DNA of 61,417 bases from a virus: positions 1-61,417 of the IMG/VR virus record IMGVR_UViG_3300045988_077264; one strand, written 5' to 3'. The notes below the pieces were generated by a model that did no database searches, was not told where the DNA came from, and saw nothing but the letters and a program-made list of their open reading frames with translations. The translations under genes were made by a program, and so were the position numbers. Positions 47,622-55,528 of the stretch are shown here, piece after piece; position 1 is the first letter of the stretch; the number at the start of each line of letters is the position of its first letter.

Positions 47622-49133
47622 TTATTCATCTGATACAGACACCTTAGATGGTTGGTCTGTAATATCAGGCTGCATCTTTTTATCAGAATTTGTTTTAGTT
47701 TTCTGATTAAATAAAATTTCATCGATTCTTTCAGCAGAATCCAATGCAACCTGTTGCGGGTCTGTAAATAAGCCAACTATCTCAATTGCTCGAAGTGGGT
47801 CAATTCCAACTTTAATTAATGTTGCCAGCGAATTACACTTAGTAGCCAAATCATAAGTGCGTGACCTTGAAAACTTGATTTCGATATCGGAAAGGTTCAA
47901 TTCTGCAACATCGGAATCAACTTCATTACTCATTTTAAGGATGTTTAGGATAATTGCTGTCTCTCTTTGCTCAGATTCCATCCAAATCTGTTCTTTTGAC
48001 TTGGCATCTGTTTCGGCATCCATCCAACCGGTAGACATATTTGTTGCGCTTCCGGTGCTTCCGCCGGAAAGTTCTGATCTATTTGGAATATGAGCAATTT
48101 TTTCAATCTTACGCTCCACATAATCAACAAGCGTCTGATTCTCTGATTGATTAAGCACACATTCAAGATATTTCAATGTTGCCGTTCTGCCTTGCTCGGA
48201 TTTAGTGAGAATCAAGCCTTGTTTTCGAAGTTCTTTGTATTGTTCTGTATCGATTGCAACATTGTCTCCCCATAGAATGTTTTGAATATGCTGCGCAATA
48301 TCATTAACACGGTCAGAATCAATGGTATTCAACGCATCCATAAGAGGAATAACCCTCTCAAAACATCCCATACGGTCATAATCATTGATATACTCAATAA
48401 TCGGCACCATACCTACTGTGTTTGGTTTTTCCTCAAACCAATCTTCAAAGCCTTTTGTTATTCCCATTTCAATCTTGAAATAGGAAGTCTTGGTATAACA
48501 CCCAAAAGTACAACTTCCATCCTTGTGTGGAAAGTACGAAACTCCAAGAATTGGGTCCCGATATGCATCATTGCTATAAACAACAAATGTGTTCATTGGG
48601 TTCAAATCCAAAATATCAAACACAGATACACCGGTTTTTATACGCTTTGGAAGAATCAGCCGATATCCAACACCGCAGGTCTTTACATCCTTTGCAAGCA
48701 TCAAATCCTTTGCCGCTTTGCACTCTTCAACCATCATCTCATTGAGTGCCGCTACCCTTAAATCCTCTTTTTTGCTTTCCTCCGATGTGAACATTTTTTT
48801 TAAAAAAGAAAAAAGAGCATTCCTGCTCTTAATATCCTTTCTTGCTCTCTGGACATATGAAATCGGAGAACCAAACTCATAACCAAGCTTAAATTCTAGT
48901 ATTTCAGATGCCATGTTATCAACAACCTTCTCATTGATTTCCGGTCTAATCTGCTTTTCTCTATCAAGAATAGGCTGTCTGCCTTTCACGTATTCAAACA
49001 GGTAAAGCATTTCAGCTCTATTTTGCTCGTGAATAGCGTATGCTTCTCCAAGAACTTCAAGAATATTCGTTTTATCAATTACTGTTTTATCACAAAATAT
49101 CTGCTTTCTTCCGAAAAGCTCCACTAATTTCAC
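47622..49133 (-). CDS. Portal protein (SPP1 Gp6-like)
   Basis: 503 aa. Called on size and position downstream of terL. Confidence 0.75.
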   Translation of the reverse strand: MKLVELFGRKQIFCDKTVIDKTNILEVLGEAYAIHEQNRAEMLYLFEYVKGRQPILDREKQIRPEINEKVVDNMASEILEFKLGYEFGSPISYVQRARKDIKSRNALFSFLKKMFTSEESKKEDLRVAALNEMMVEECKAAKDLMLAKDVKTCGVGYRLILPKRIKTGVSVFDILDLNPMNTFVVYSNDAYRDPILGVSYFPHKDGSCTFGCYTKTSYFKIEMGITKGFEDWFEEKPNTVGMVPIIEYINDYDRMGCFERVIPLMDALNTIDSDRVNDIAQHIQNILWGDNVAIDTEQYKELRKQGLILTKSEQGRTATLKYLECVLNQSENQTLVDYVERKIEKIAHIPNRSELSGGSTGSATNMSTGWMDAETDAKSKEQIWMESEQRETAIILNILKMSNEVDSDVAELNLSDIEIKFSRSRTYDLATKCNSLATLIKVGIDPLRAIEIVGLFTDPQQVALDSAERIDEILFNQKTKTNSDKKMQPDITDQPSKVSVSDE

Positions 49134-49244
49134 CTCCAGATATTAAAAAAGAGCCATTGAAAACATTGTTCATGGCTCTCTTGATTCTTTCGACAATATC
49201 AATATATCATGAAAGTATGTCCTTTTTTTCCGCACTTTCATTTT

Positions 49245-49649
49245 TTATCCTTTATTAATATCCAAAAGATAAAAAAAATGTCTGCGCATCTCATAAAATG
49301 CTGACTTTCCAATTGGCATATCTTCACATGCAATTAAATATGTAACCGGGACTTCATAACATACTGCTTTAATAATATATTGGCTCAAATCTTCTCCTGC
49401 CTGTTCTGCTGTTTCTTCAATCAACCGGCATTTTTCTTCCAATACGATTCGCTTAATTGCCAGATTTCCGGTAGCATCTGAATTGTTATGCATAATTGGC
49501 ATATCTGTTATTTCAAGACTCTTAACTGTATCCTTATTATATTTCAATTGATTTTTCCATTCCGGATACTGCTCACAAAATCCACAAAGCTCTTTGTATC
49601 GCTTACCGGAAATTCCATATTTTTCGAGATTCAAATTCCTTTTATTCAA
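49245..49649 (-). CDS. Possible ArpU/RinA-like late regulator
   Basis: 134 aa. The C-terminal IGKSAFYEMRRHFFYLLD resembles the ArpU-family tail. Weak call. Confidence 0.35.
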   Translation of the reverse strand: MNKRNLNLEKYGISGKRYKELCGFCEQYPEWKNQLKYNKDTVKSLEITDMPIMHNNSDATGNLAIKRIVLEEKCRLIEETAEQAGEDLSQYIIKAVCYEVPVTYLIACEDMPIGKSAFYEMRRHFFYLLDINKG

Positions 49650-49664
49650 ACTATCACGCTCCCT

Positions 49665-51398
49665 TTATATTCCAAGCTCGGCTCGGCTCATAATCTCAAC
49701 CTTTGTCATGCCACCATCAAATAACTGGAACAGCTGCACCAAGCCATCCGGACTATCATCATGTTCATTTTTTCCAAGTTGAGTAAACATTCCAAGTTCT
49801 TCCATTGCAGCCCTATATTCTTCACTCTGTAACTCTGGCTTAAGAAAATAGAATCTTCGTTTTATATCAGGTGCATACTGTATAATCTTTGCCATCTTGC
49901 TTATCTGGTTACTAGCTTTTGCCCAAGAAATATTGGTTTTAAAACCTTTATCTTTTAACTGGCGGTCAATATCTTCTGCGTATTCATCTCCACCATTATT
50001 GGCTTCGAATCTTTCCATATTCGGTTGATGTTGTAATGTTTTAGCCACAACAATAGGTTTTGTTGTATATTTATCTCCTTTATTGAAAATCCAATCAGGA
50101 ATATATATTGGTCCATCATCAGTACTTCCAAACAATTTTCCAAACGGCATTGACAAGCTATCATTTCCACCCCATGCAACATCACAGGCTGCTGCCGTAA
50201 TACATTCTCCATCCGGAAGAACACCGTTGTAGTAATTAAGCTCATCCAATGGGAAAAGCAAACCTTCTCGCACAAATGGCATCTGCTGATACTTTGCCAT
50301 CCATTCATTTCTATCCAACCTATCACGCATATTGCGATAGTATTCTGTAGAAAATCCAACGCCATAATCGTACTGGAAGTTTGATTCATCCTTTTCATTA
50401 AGTGCCGGTATCTTTCTAAACCGATATTTTGGATTATTCTTATTTTCCGCTTCGACACGTCCTAATGGGTCTAACACGTTCCATCGGGTTCCAACCATTA
50501 ACTCTTTGGAACCATCATTTTTACGGTCAACAAGGACGTTCAAATAATCTTGGTAGCGATTTTCAAGTCGGATAGGACTTAATGATTCAGTTCTGTCACG
50601 AACCATATCATCGACATACAAATATCCATCCGAACTAATATCAACCGCACCGGTCCATGTTCCATCAATTCCTCGGCATGTCAGTGTGGCAAAAGCTTCT
50701 GTTGGCGAATAAAACAATTCATTCTTTTCAGATGATTTATTTGCTAACTCAATCTCTGGGAATATCTCTTTGAATGTGTATTCCTCGTTTTCCGTCAGTT
50801 TTAATACATCCCGATAAAACCTGTCAGCAAGTATTCCTGAATGTCCTGACATGGCATTATGGCTCTCTGGATGTCTACCAATAACCCAGGTAAGAAAGAA
50901 GATACAGAGAGTGGACTTACCTACTCGTGGTGGGAGTGACAAACCATAGAAATCAAGCTTTCTGTCCTCCAAGTCTTGCAGATCGTCAACAACGATTTTG
51001 AGTGTCCGCATTCTCGGCTCATAGAATTTCTTTTCTGGTCGGCGATTCTTCTCCATATAGAAAAGGAATGATTCAAAATGATATAGTGCCTCTACTTTTA
51101 AAGTTCGCCAGTACAGTTCATCCATCTGTAAAATCTCAATACTGTTTTGAATCGCCCATCTGCAGCTATCCTTAATGTATGAAGTGACTTTCAACGCCCA
51201 AATCGTGTCGTTTTCCTTTTCAAATGCTACTTTCGCCACATCCAAGAGGTCAAACAGTGACCGATATTCAATTCCATGTTGTTTTATGTAATTTTTAATA
51301 TCATCAGCAGTTTCCCGCGTTTGTTCTGAAACCAAAAAAGAGCCTACCTCCCTTCTATCTTGGAAATAGGCTCTCTCTACATATGTGCCACACGGCAC
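49665..51398 (-). CDS. terL: Terminase large subunit
   Basis: The Walker A-like motif LSLPPRVGKSTL, an ATPase plus C-terminal nuclease layout, and a size of 577 aa. Confidence 0.85.
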   Translation of the reverse strand: MPCGTYVERAYFQDRREVGSFLVSEQTRETADDIKNYIKQHGIEYRSLFDLLDVAKVAFEKENDTIWALKVTSYIKDSCRWAIQNSIEILQMDELYWRTLKVEALYHFESFLFYMEKNRRPEKKFYEPRMRTLKIVVDDLQDLEDRKLDFYGLSLPPRVGKSTLCIFFLTWVIGRHPESHNAMSGHSGILADRFYRDVLKLTENEEYTFKEIFPEIELANKSSEKNELFYSPTEAFATLTCRGIDGTWTGAVDISSDGYLYVDDMVRDRTESLSPIRLENRYQDYLNVLVDRKNDGSKELMVGTRWNVLDPLGRVEAENKNNPKYRFRKIPALNEKDESNFQYDYGVGFSTEYYRNMRDRLDRNEWMAKYQQMPFVREGLLFPLDELNYYNGVLPDGECITAAACDVAWGGNDSLSMPFGKLFGSTDDGPIYIPDWIFNKGDKYTTKPIVVAKTLQHQPNMERFEANNGGDEYAEDIDRQLKDKGFKTNISWAKASNQISKMAKIIQYAPDIKRRFYFLKPELQSEEYRAAMEELGMFTQLGKNEHDDSPDGLVQLFQLFDGGMTKVEIMSRAELGI

Positions 51399-51421
51399 TC
51401 TGCAACTGGTGCTCTTTTTAT

Positions 51422-52630
51422 TTATTCACTTGCCTTAAAATTGTATACCGGTTTGATAATTGCAAGCACATCAACTGTATCTTTGATATTCTCAAAAATT
51501 TCATCCAATGTCTTATATGCCATTGGAGATTCATCTATTGTAGATTGATTGACAGAAGTTGTATATATTCCGTCCATTGCCTTTTCAAACTCTTCCAACG
51601 ATACTAATTCCTTGGCTTTTGTCCGGCTCATTACTCTACCGGCTCCATGAGGTGCGGATTGGTTCCAATCCTCATTTCCTTTTCCGGTACCAATAATGCA
51701 ACCGTCTCGCATATTGATTGGAATAAGTACCTTTTCTCCTAGTTTGGCTGAAATAGCGCCCTTGCGGACAATATTTGAATCATGGTCGATATAATTGTGA
51801 ATACACTCGAAGTAATCTGGCATATCGGCATCGACGTCCCATCCCATGTGGTTGCATATAATTTGAGCAATCATAACGCGGTTCATGTAGGCGAACTTCT
51901 GGCAAATTCTCATATCATGCAGATAATCTTCCCTGTATTTACCCTCTAAATAGCACAAATCCTTTGGAATATTCGGATTAACCGCCTTGAAATTTCTGTG
52001 CAATTCTGCTATGGCATTTTGAATTTCAGATTTTCTTCCAGTAGCTTTGTATTCTTCAATAATCCTGTCCTGTTCTTCATACAGTTTATCTTTGCCGCTC
52101 ATAAGTTCAAATGCAAGGTTCTGATAATAGTCAGCAACCTGTTTTCCGAGATTACGGCTACCGGTATGAATAACAAGATACTTATAACCATCCTCTGCAA
52201 CATCAACCTCAATGAAGTGATTTCCACCTCCGAGAGTGCCGATAGACCGCTCAAGCCGTTTTGTATCTCGCAATTCTCGGTAGCACTTCAAATCCTGTAA
52301 TTCATCGAATCTGATAATTCTTCCATCATGCACATCTCTTCCGCTTGGAACATAGGAACGAATCACGTTATCCAGCTTTTCAAAATCAATATCTGTCTGG
52401 CCAAGGCTTACGCAAAGCATACCGCAACCAATATCAACCCCAACAATGTTCGGTATAACTTTTTCCCCAAGGTCTGCTGTAAATCCAATAACACATCCCT
52501 TTCCGGCATGAATATCCGGCATGATACGAACTTTACAATCTTTGAATGCATCCTGTGCAAGCAATAATTCAATTTGATCTACCGCTTCCTGTTCAACGTT
52601 CTTGGTAAATATTTTTAAATCACTCATCAT
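51422..52630 (-). CDS. rtcB: RtcB-family RNA 3'-phosphate/5'-OH ligase
   Basis: VGVDIGCGM, HTGSRNLG and APHGAGR motifs. 402 aa. Confidence 0.9.
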   Translation of the reverse strand: MMSDLKIFTKNVEQEAVDQIELLLAQDAFKDCKVRIMPDIHAGKGCVIGFTADLGEKVIPNIVGVDIGCGMLCVSLGQTDIDFEKLDNVIRSYVPSGRDVHDGRIIRFDELQDLKCYRELRDTKRLERSIGTLGGGNHFIEVDVAEDGYKYLVIHTGSRNLGKQVADYYQNLAFELMSGKDKLYEEQDRIIEEYKATGRKSEIQNAIAELHRNFKAVNPNIPKDLCYLEGKYREDYLHDMRICQKFAYMNRVMIAQIICNHMGWDVDADMPDYFECIHNYIDHDSNIVRKGAISAKLGEKVLIPINMRDGCIIGTGKGNEDWNQSAPHGAGRVMSRTKAKELVSLEEFEKAMDGIYTTSVNQSTIDESPMAYKTLDEIFENIKDTVDVLAIIKPVYNFKASE

Positions 52631-52950
52631 TTCACCCCAATTCTATTGATTTTTCCGCATTTCGGACATTTGATTTCAGCCTGTCCGTTGAATTTACCTA
52701 ACAGGCGGTTGCATTTACTGCAACGATGCTCTACAAGCTGATTCTGCATCTTCCATTCGTCAATAATCTGCAGGATGAACCGCTTGCCGCTACGCATTTG
52801 GCTGTATACAACAATTTCATTTCCATTCTTTTCGCACTTTTCATATTCTCTGAGCAACTGTTTCTGAGATTCGGATAATGGAAATGGTGCGACTTCCTCT
52901 GCAAACTCCACAAGAGATATTTCATTCTCCTGTCTAGTTAATTCATTCAT
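52627..52950 (-). CDS. Protein with Com-like C-terminal zinc ribbon
   Basis: CSKCNRLLGKFNGQAEIKCPKCGKINRI resembles Mu Com. 4-nt overlap with the rtcB start. Confidence 0.45.
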   Translation of the reverse strand: MNELTRQENEISLVEFAEEVAPFPLSESQKQLLREYEKCEKNGNEIVVYSQMRSGKRFILQIIDEWKMQNQLVEHRCSKCNRLLGKFNGQAEIKCPKCGKINRIGVK

Positions 52951-53171
52951 TCTTCCACCAACTTTCTACCACACATCGGGCAAAATGCAATATAAAAATA
53001 TCCCATTGCCACTACAGACTGACTAATTAAAATACTTGGTACTTTATCCTCGCGGTCTTTAAAAATATTTGCTCTTGTCAAATTTGTCTCATTGGCGCAC
53101 TTTTTGATAGGAATATCAGCACCAAATATTTTATTATTTTCGTAATCTTTACAAAAATCACACATGCTCAT
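52947..53171 (-). CDS. Small zinc-binding protein
   Basis: CDFC...CPMCG. 74 aa, overlapping starts/stops with its neighbours. Confidence 0.4.
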   Translation of the reverse strand: MSMCDFCKDYENNKIFGADIPIKKCANETNLTRANIFKDREDKVPSILISQSVVAMGYFYIAFCPMCGRKLVEE

Positions 53172-53437
53172 ACCTCAATCAAAGTAAACTTACGAAGCGT
53201 TTTTGAATTTCCACGATGTAAAATACCATCTATATCACGATATGGCTCTTCCAACAATTGATGATGTTCTACATTTCCAAGATAAACTTTGCATGTTCTT
53301 CCCCCAATTGTAAGTTCTCCGAACATTTCACCTATTTCAGCATTGAAACCACTTACGTCATATGGAGTTTTACAATAAGGGCACGCTTCCTTATCTCTTT
53401 CGATTGGCGCACCACAATTTACACAATTTAAAATCAT
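53168..53437 (-). CDS. Small zinc-ribbon protein
   Basis: CVNCG...CPYC N-terminus. 89 aa. Confidence 0.4.
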   Translation of the reverse strand: MILNCVNCGAPIERDKEACPYCKTPYDVSGFNAEIGEMFGELTIGGRTCKVYLGNVEHHQLLEEPYRDIDGILHRGNSKTLRKFTLIEV

Positions 53438-53459
53438 GTTTATACCTCATATTTTGCAT

Positions 53460-53501
53460 AAAAAAAATACCAACCATCGAATATTGACGGTTGGTATTTT
53501 T
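53460..53501. terminator. Strong bidirectional rho-independent terminator
   Basis: ATACCAACC/GGTTGGTAT 9-bp stem, flanked by an A8 run on the left and a T-run on the right. Confidence 0.7.
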
Positions 53502-53526
53502 CATTGCAATTCACTAATAATTTATA

Positions 53527-54252
53527 TTACATTTCGTCTTTTCCTAAATTATTTCTTCGCATATTACGTTCTAAATAATATTTCTTTAGTGCTTCATCCA
53601 CTTTATCTGCATTTACCATAAAGCTATAAGTAAAACCTTCTTCATCTTTCTTGTCTTTATAAATACTTTGTTTTCCTGTGTTTTCATTTTTATTCTTCTT
53701 AAGCTCATCATAAATTAAATCTAATTTTGCGCTTAATTTATCCTCTGGAGATATATCTATACCTGAAAGGTCAGGAGCACTTGCTTTTACAATTCTTACC
53801 AACGTATTAATCCTTCCTTCTTTTGTTGATATAATTGCATCTTTAATTTTTTCCCTTGCCTCTAATACATTTTCATATAATCTATCGCTTTGATAATAAA
53901 TCGTACTAATTCCGCTCACGTCAAAAATGTTCTCGGTTATATTATCTTGTATTAAAACAACAGGCTTATCATAAGCCTGCCTTAGTCCTAATTCATATAA
54001 TACATTTGGATTCCTATTACTCAAATCACATATTGCCATTGGACACTCTTGAATTGCATCAAAAATTTTATTAATGATTGTATCACTAATTTTATTTTCA
54101 TCAACACGATATGGTATATATCCAGCATTTTCAACAGCAGGCTTAATAATTTGTTCATACACTTTGGTAAAATGACCTTTAGGATAATCTCCCTGGTCAC
54201 TAATTGGCATAATTACAAAGCACTTTTCTTTATCTTTTGTATTATTTTCCAC
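53527..54252 (-). CDS. Nucleoside 2-deoxyribosyltransferase-like / TIR-like fold protein (unknown function)
   Basis: The N-terminal pattern CFVIMPISD...ICDLSNRNPNVLYELGLRQAYDKPVVLIQD is typical of that Rossmann-like superfamily. It lies directly downstream of the tRNA-like array and upstream of the terminator. Confidence 0.4.
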   Translation of the reverse strand: MENNTKDKEKCFVIMPISDQGDYPKGHFTKVYEQIIKPAVENAGYIPYRVDENKISDTIINKIFDAIQECPMAICDLSNRNPNVLYELGLRQAYDKPVVLIQDNITENIFDVSGISTIYYQSDRLYENVLEAREKIKDAIISTKEGRINTLVRIVKASAPDLSGIDISPEDKLSAKLDLIYDELKKNKNENTGKQSIYKDKKDEEGFTYSFMVNADKVDEALKKYYLERNMRRNNLGKDEM

Positions 54253-54327
54253 AACAGATTCCTCCTTTGTATTAATATATCTATATTACCATTTTGACCG
54301 TCAATATTCAATTATCAATGTTCAAAA

Positions 54328-54431
54328 TAGCGACACAGGGAATCGAACCCTGTCAGATCAAACCATGCCAACCGCTTTCAAATCTGCAATTTCTAGTCAC
54401 GGAAGAGTTTTCTGTTTCCAATAATGCCGCT
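54328..54431 (-). ncRNA. tRNA-like RNA T1 (acceptor + T-arm closed, non-canonical 72-nt body)
   Basis: On the minus strand, the 5' AGCGGCA pairs 7/7 with the 3' TGTCGCT. T-arm: CAGGG-TTCGATT-CCCTG. No D or anticodon cloverleaf could be drawn. Confidence 0.4.
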
Positions 54432-54500
54432 ACCATCAATAAGTCTCCCATCGACCAGAACTATTGCAGTAGCACCTGACTAAGTGGAGATAAGGATAAG

Positions 54501-54586
54501 CGCAGTGCGTAGGACTCGAACCTACAAGGCGAATAAACGCCCGACCGGATAGCAACCGGCTCCAATTCCAATTATGGGAACACTTC
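54501..54586 (-). tRNA. tRNA-Ser (anticodon GCU), class II, no encoded CCA
   Basis: Hand fold: acceptor GAAGTGT/GCACTGC (6/7), D-stem CCA/TGG with GG in the loop, anticodon arm GCCGG-TTGCTAT-CCGGT, 18-nt variable arm GGCG/CGCC, and T-arm GTAGG-TTCGAGT-CCTAC. Confidence 0.7.
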
Positions 54587-54651
54587 CGAATTTTCTTGTA
54601 TCGTCAAGAACATTAGGAAAGAAACGACGGATACCTTTCTTGCTGGAGTTA

Positions 54652-54790
54652 TGCCCGCAGGTGGATTTGAACCACCATTCTGCAACCTTGCTTACTCCGA
54701 TTATTTCAAGCGGAAAGTGCCGGAATCGAACCGACCTCACGGATTATTGGTGTACCTCACCGTAATTGCTGCCTTGCGATATACCTTTCC
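54652..54790 (-). ncRNA. Composite tRNA-like unit (T4 80-nt element plus 5'-truncated tRNA-Ser(UGA)-like T3)
   Basis: T4 (54711-54790): acceptor GGAAAGG/ACTTTCC (6/7) and T-arm GTCGG-TTCGATT-CCGGC. T3 (54652-54717): TTCCG-CTTGAAA(TAAT)-CGGAG, variable arm GCAA-GG-TTGC and T-arm GGTGG-TTCAAAT-CCACC, but no 5' acceptor or D arm. Confidence 0.35.
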
Positions 54791-54922
54791 ATACTCGTCA
54801 ACGAACTTTCATCGTCCTGTTTCCACACTTTTTAAGTCGACAATGCTTCCATCACAAGAAAAACATCATTTATTACACTAAAACTCGTCAGTCTTATCAC
54901 ATAAACAATATTTTACAACGCA

Positions 54923-55012
54923 TGGGGAAGAGAGGAATTGAACCTCCAATGTTTACCACTTGGGAACTGATTTACAGTCAGCTGCAACACCGCCAATCGT
55001 TGCCGCTTCCCC
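54923..55012 (-). tRNA. tRNA-Tyr (anticodon GUA), class II, no encoded CCA
   Basis: Acceptor GGGGAAG/CTTCCCC (7/7), D-arm GCAAC-GATTGGCGGT-GTTGC, anticodon arm GCTGA-CTGTAAA-TCAGT, 18-nt variable region, and T-arm GGAGG-TTCAATT-CCTCT. Confidence 0.8.
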
Positions 55013-55089
55013 AAAATGCGCGGACACCTCACTCCGTATCTCTGTATGCGACCGCGCTACGCATACAGTATCAAATCAGCTCGGCACCA

Positions 55090-55182
55090 TCGGAACGGAA
55101 GGATTCGAACCCCCGACTTTCCATCTTTCGATGTCGTGAATTAACACACGCTTGAACGCTCTTGCCAACGAGCTACGTTCCG
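55090..55182 (-). ncRNA. tRNA-like RNA T6 (canonical acceptor, D and T arms with about 20 extra nt in the anticodon region)
   Basis: Acceptor CGGAACG/CGTTCCG (7/7), TA, D-arm GCTC-GTTGGCAA-GAGC and T-arm GGGGG-TTCGAAT-CCTTC. There are 42 nt where about 22 are expected, forming the hairpins CGTG-TGTTAATT-CACG and CATC-GAAA-GATG. Confidence 0.45.
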
Positions 55183-55528
55183 AAACCGCCATCAGACGGT
55201 TAGCAATAATGTTTTTCGTGCCATGCATCGCACTATCCGGTTTGAAGCCTTTCACCGGCAACTCTTTTCATAGCTCAGGCACCGTGGGATAGGCACCCGA
55301 ACAATCAAGTTTGACTGCTATATGGATTGCTCGTCAGCAAATTATGGAGTGACCATCACTCATCACCATATAGGCTTACGTCTAATGCCGCGCTCCGCGG
55401 CAATAACCACCGGACGGTCTCGCACCGTCCTTAACAGAATCGTCCTAGTGGCTGAAAGGTATCTCTATGCCAAACAATGGTATATAACCACGCCGCCAGA
55501 TAGAAAACAATCAAAAACTATCCGGCAA
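55183..55528 (-). ncRNA. 346-nt GC-richer, hairpin-dense non-coding RNA candidate flanked by tRNA-like elements
   Basis: Many perfect stems on the minus strand: GCCGGATAG/CTATCTGGC, GGACGGT/ACCGTCC, GCCGCG/CGCGGC, GAGTGA/TCACTC, TTGCT/AGCAA, GTGC/GCAC and ACCG/CGGT. No credible ORF. Confidence 0.45.

Noticed and set aside
54791-54922. Hammerhead-like CUGACGAG and GAUGAAAG motifs on the minus strand in the tRNA-Tyr/T4 spacer.
   Set aside because: There is no G10.1-C11.1-closed stem II leading into GAAA, and no consistent stem I/III arrangement in any of the three topologies.
54432-55089. HDV-like (theta-type) ribozymes immediately 3' of the tRNAs.
   Set aside because: I looked for a P1 strand complementary to the first nucleotides after each tRNA 3' end and found none. 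I cannot exclude it without a covariance model.
55183-55528. Group I intron in a tRNA gene. TTCAGCCACTAGGACG and CCATATAGCAGTC look a little like the R and S core elements.
   Set aside because: I could not draw P7 pairing between the two elements, and too many hairpins lie between them. The flanking sequences are a complete T-arm/acceptor 3' end and a complete tRNA-like 5' half, not split exons.
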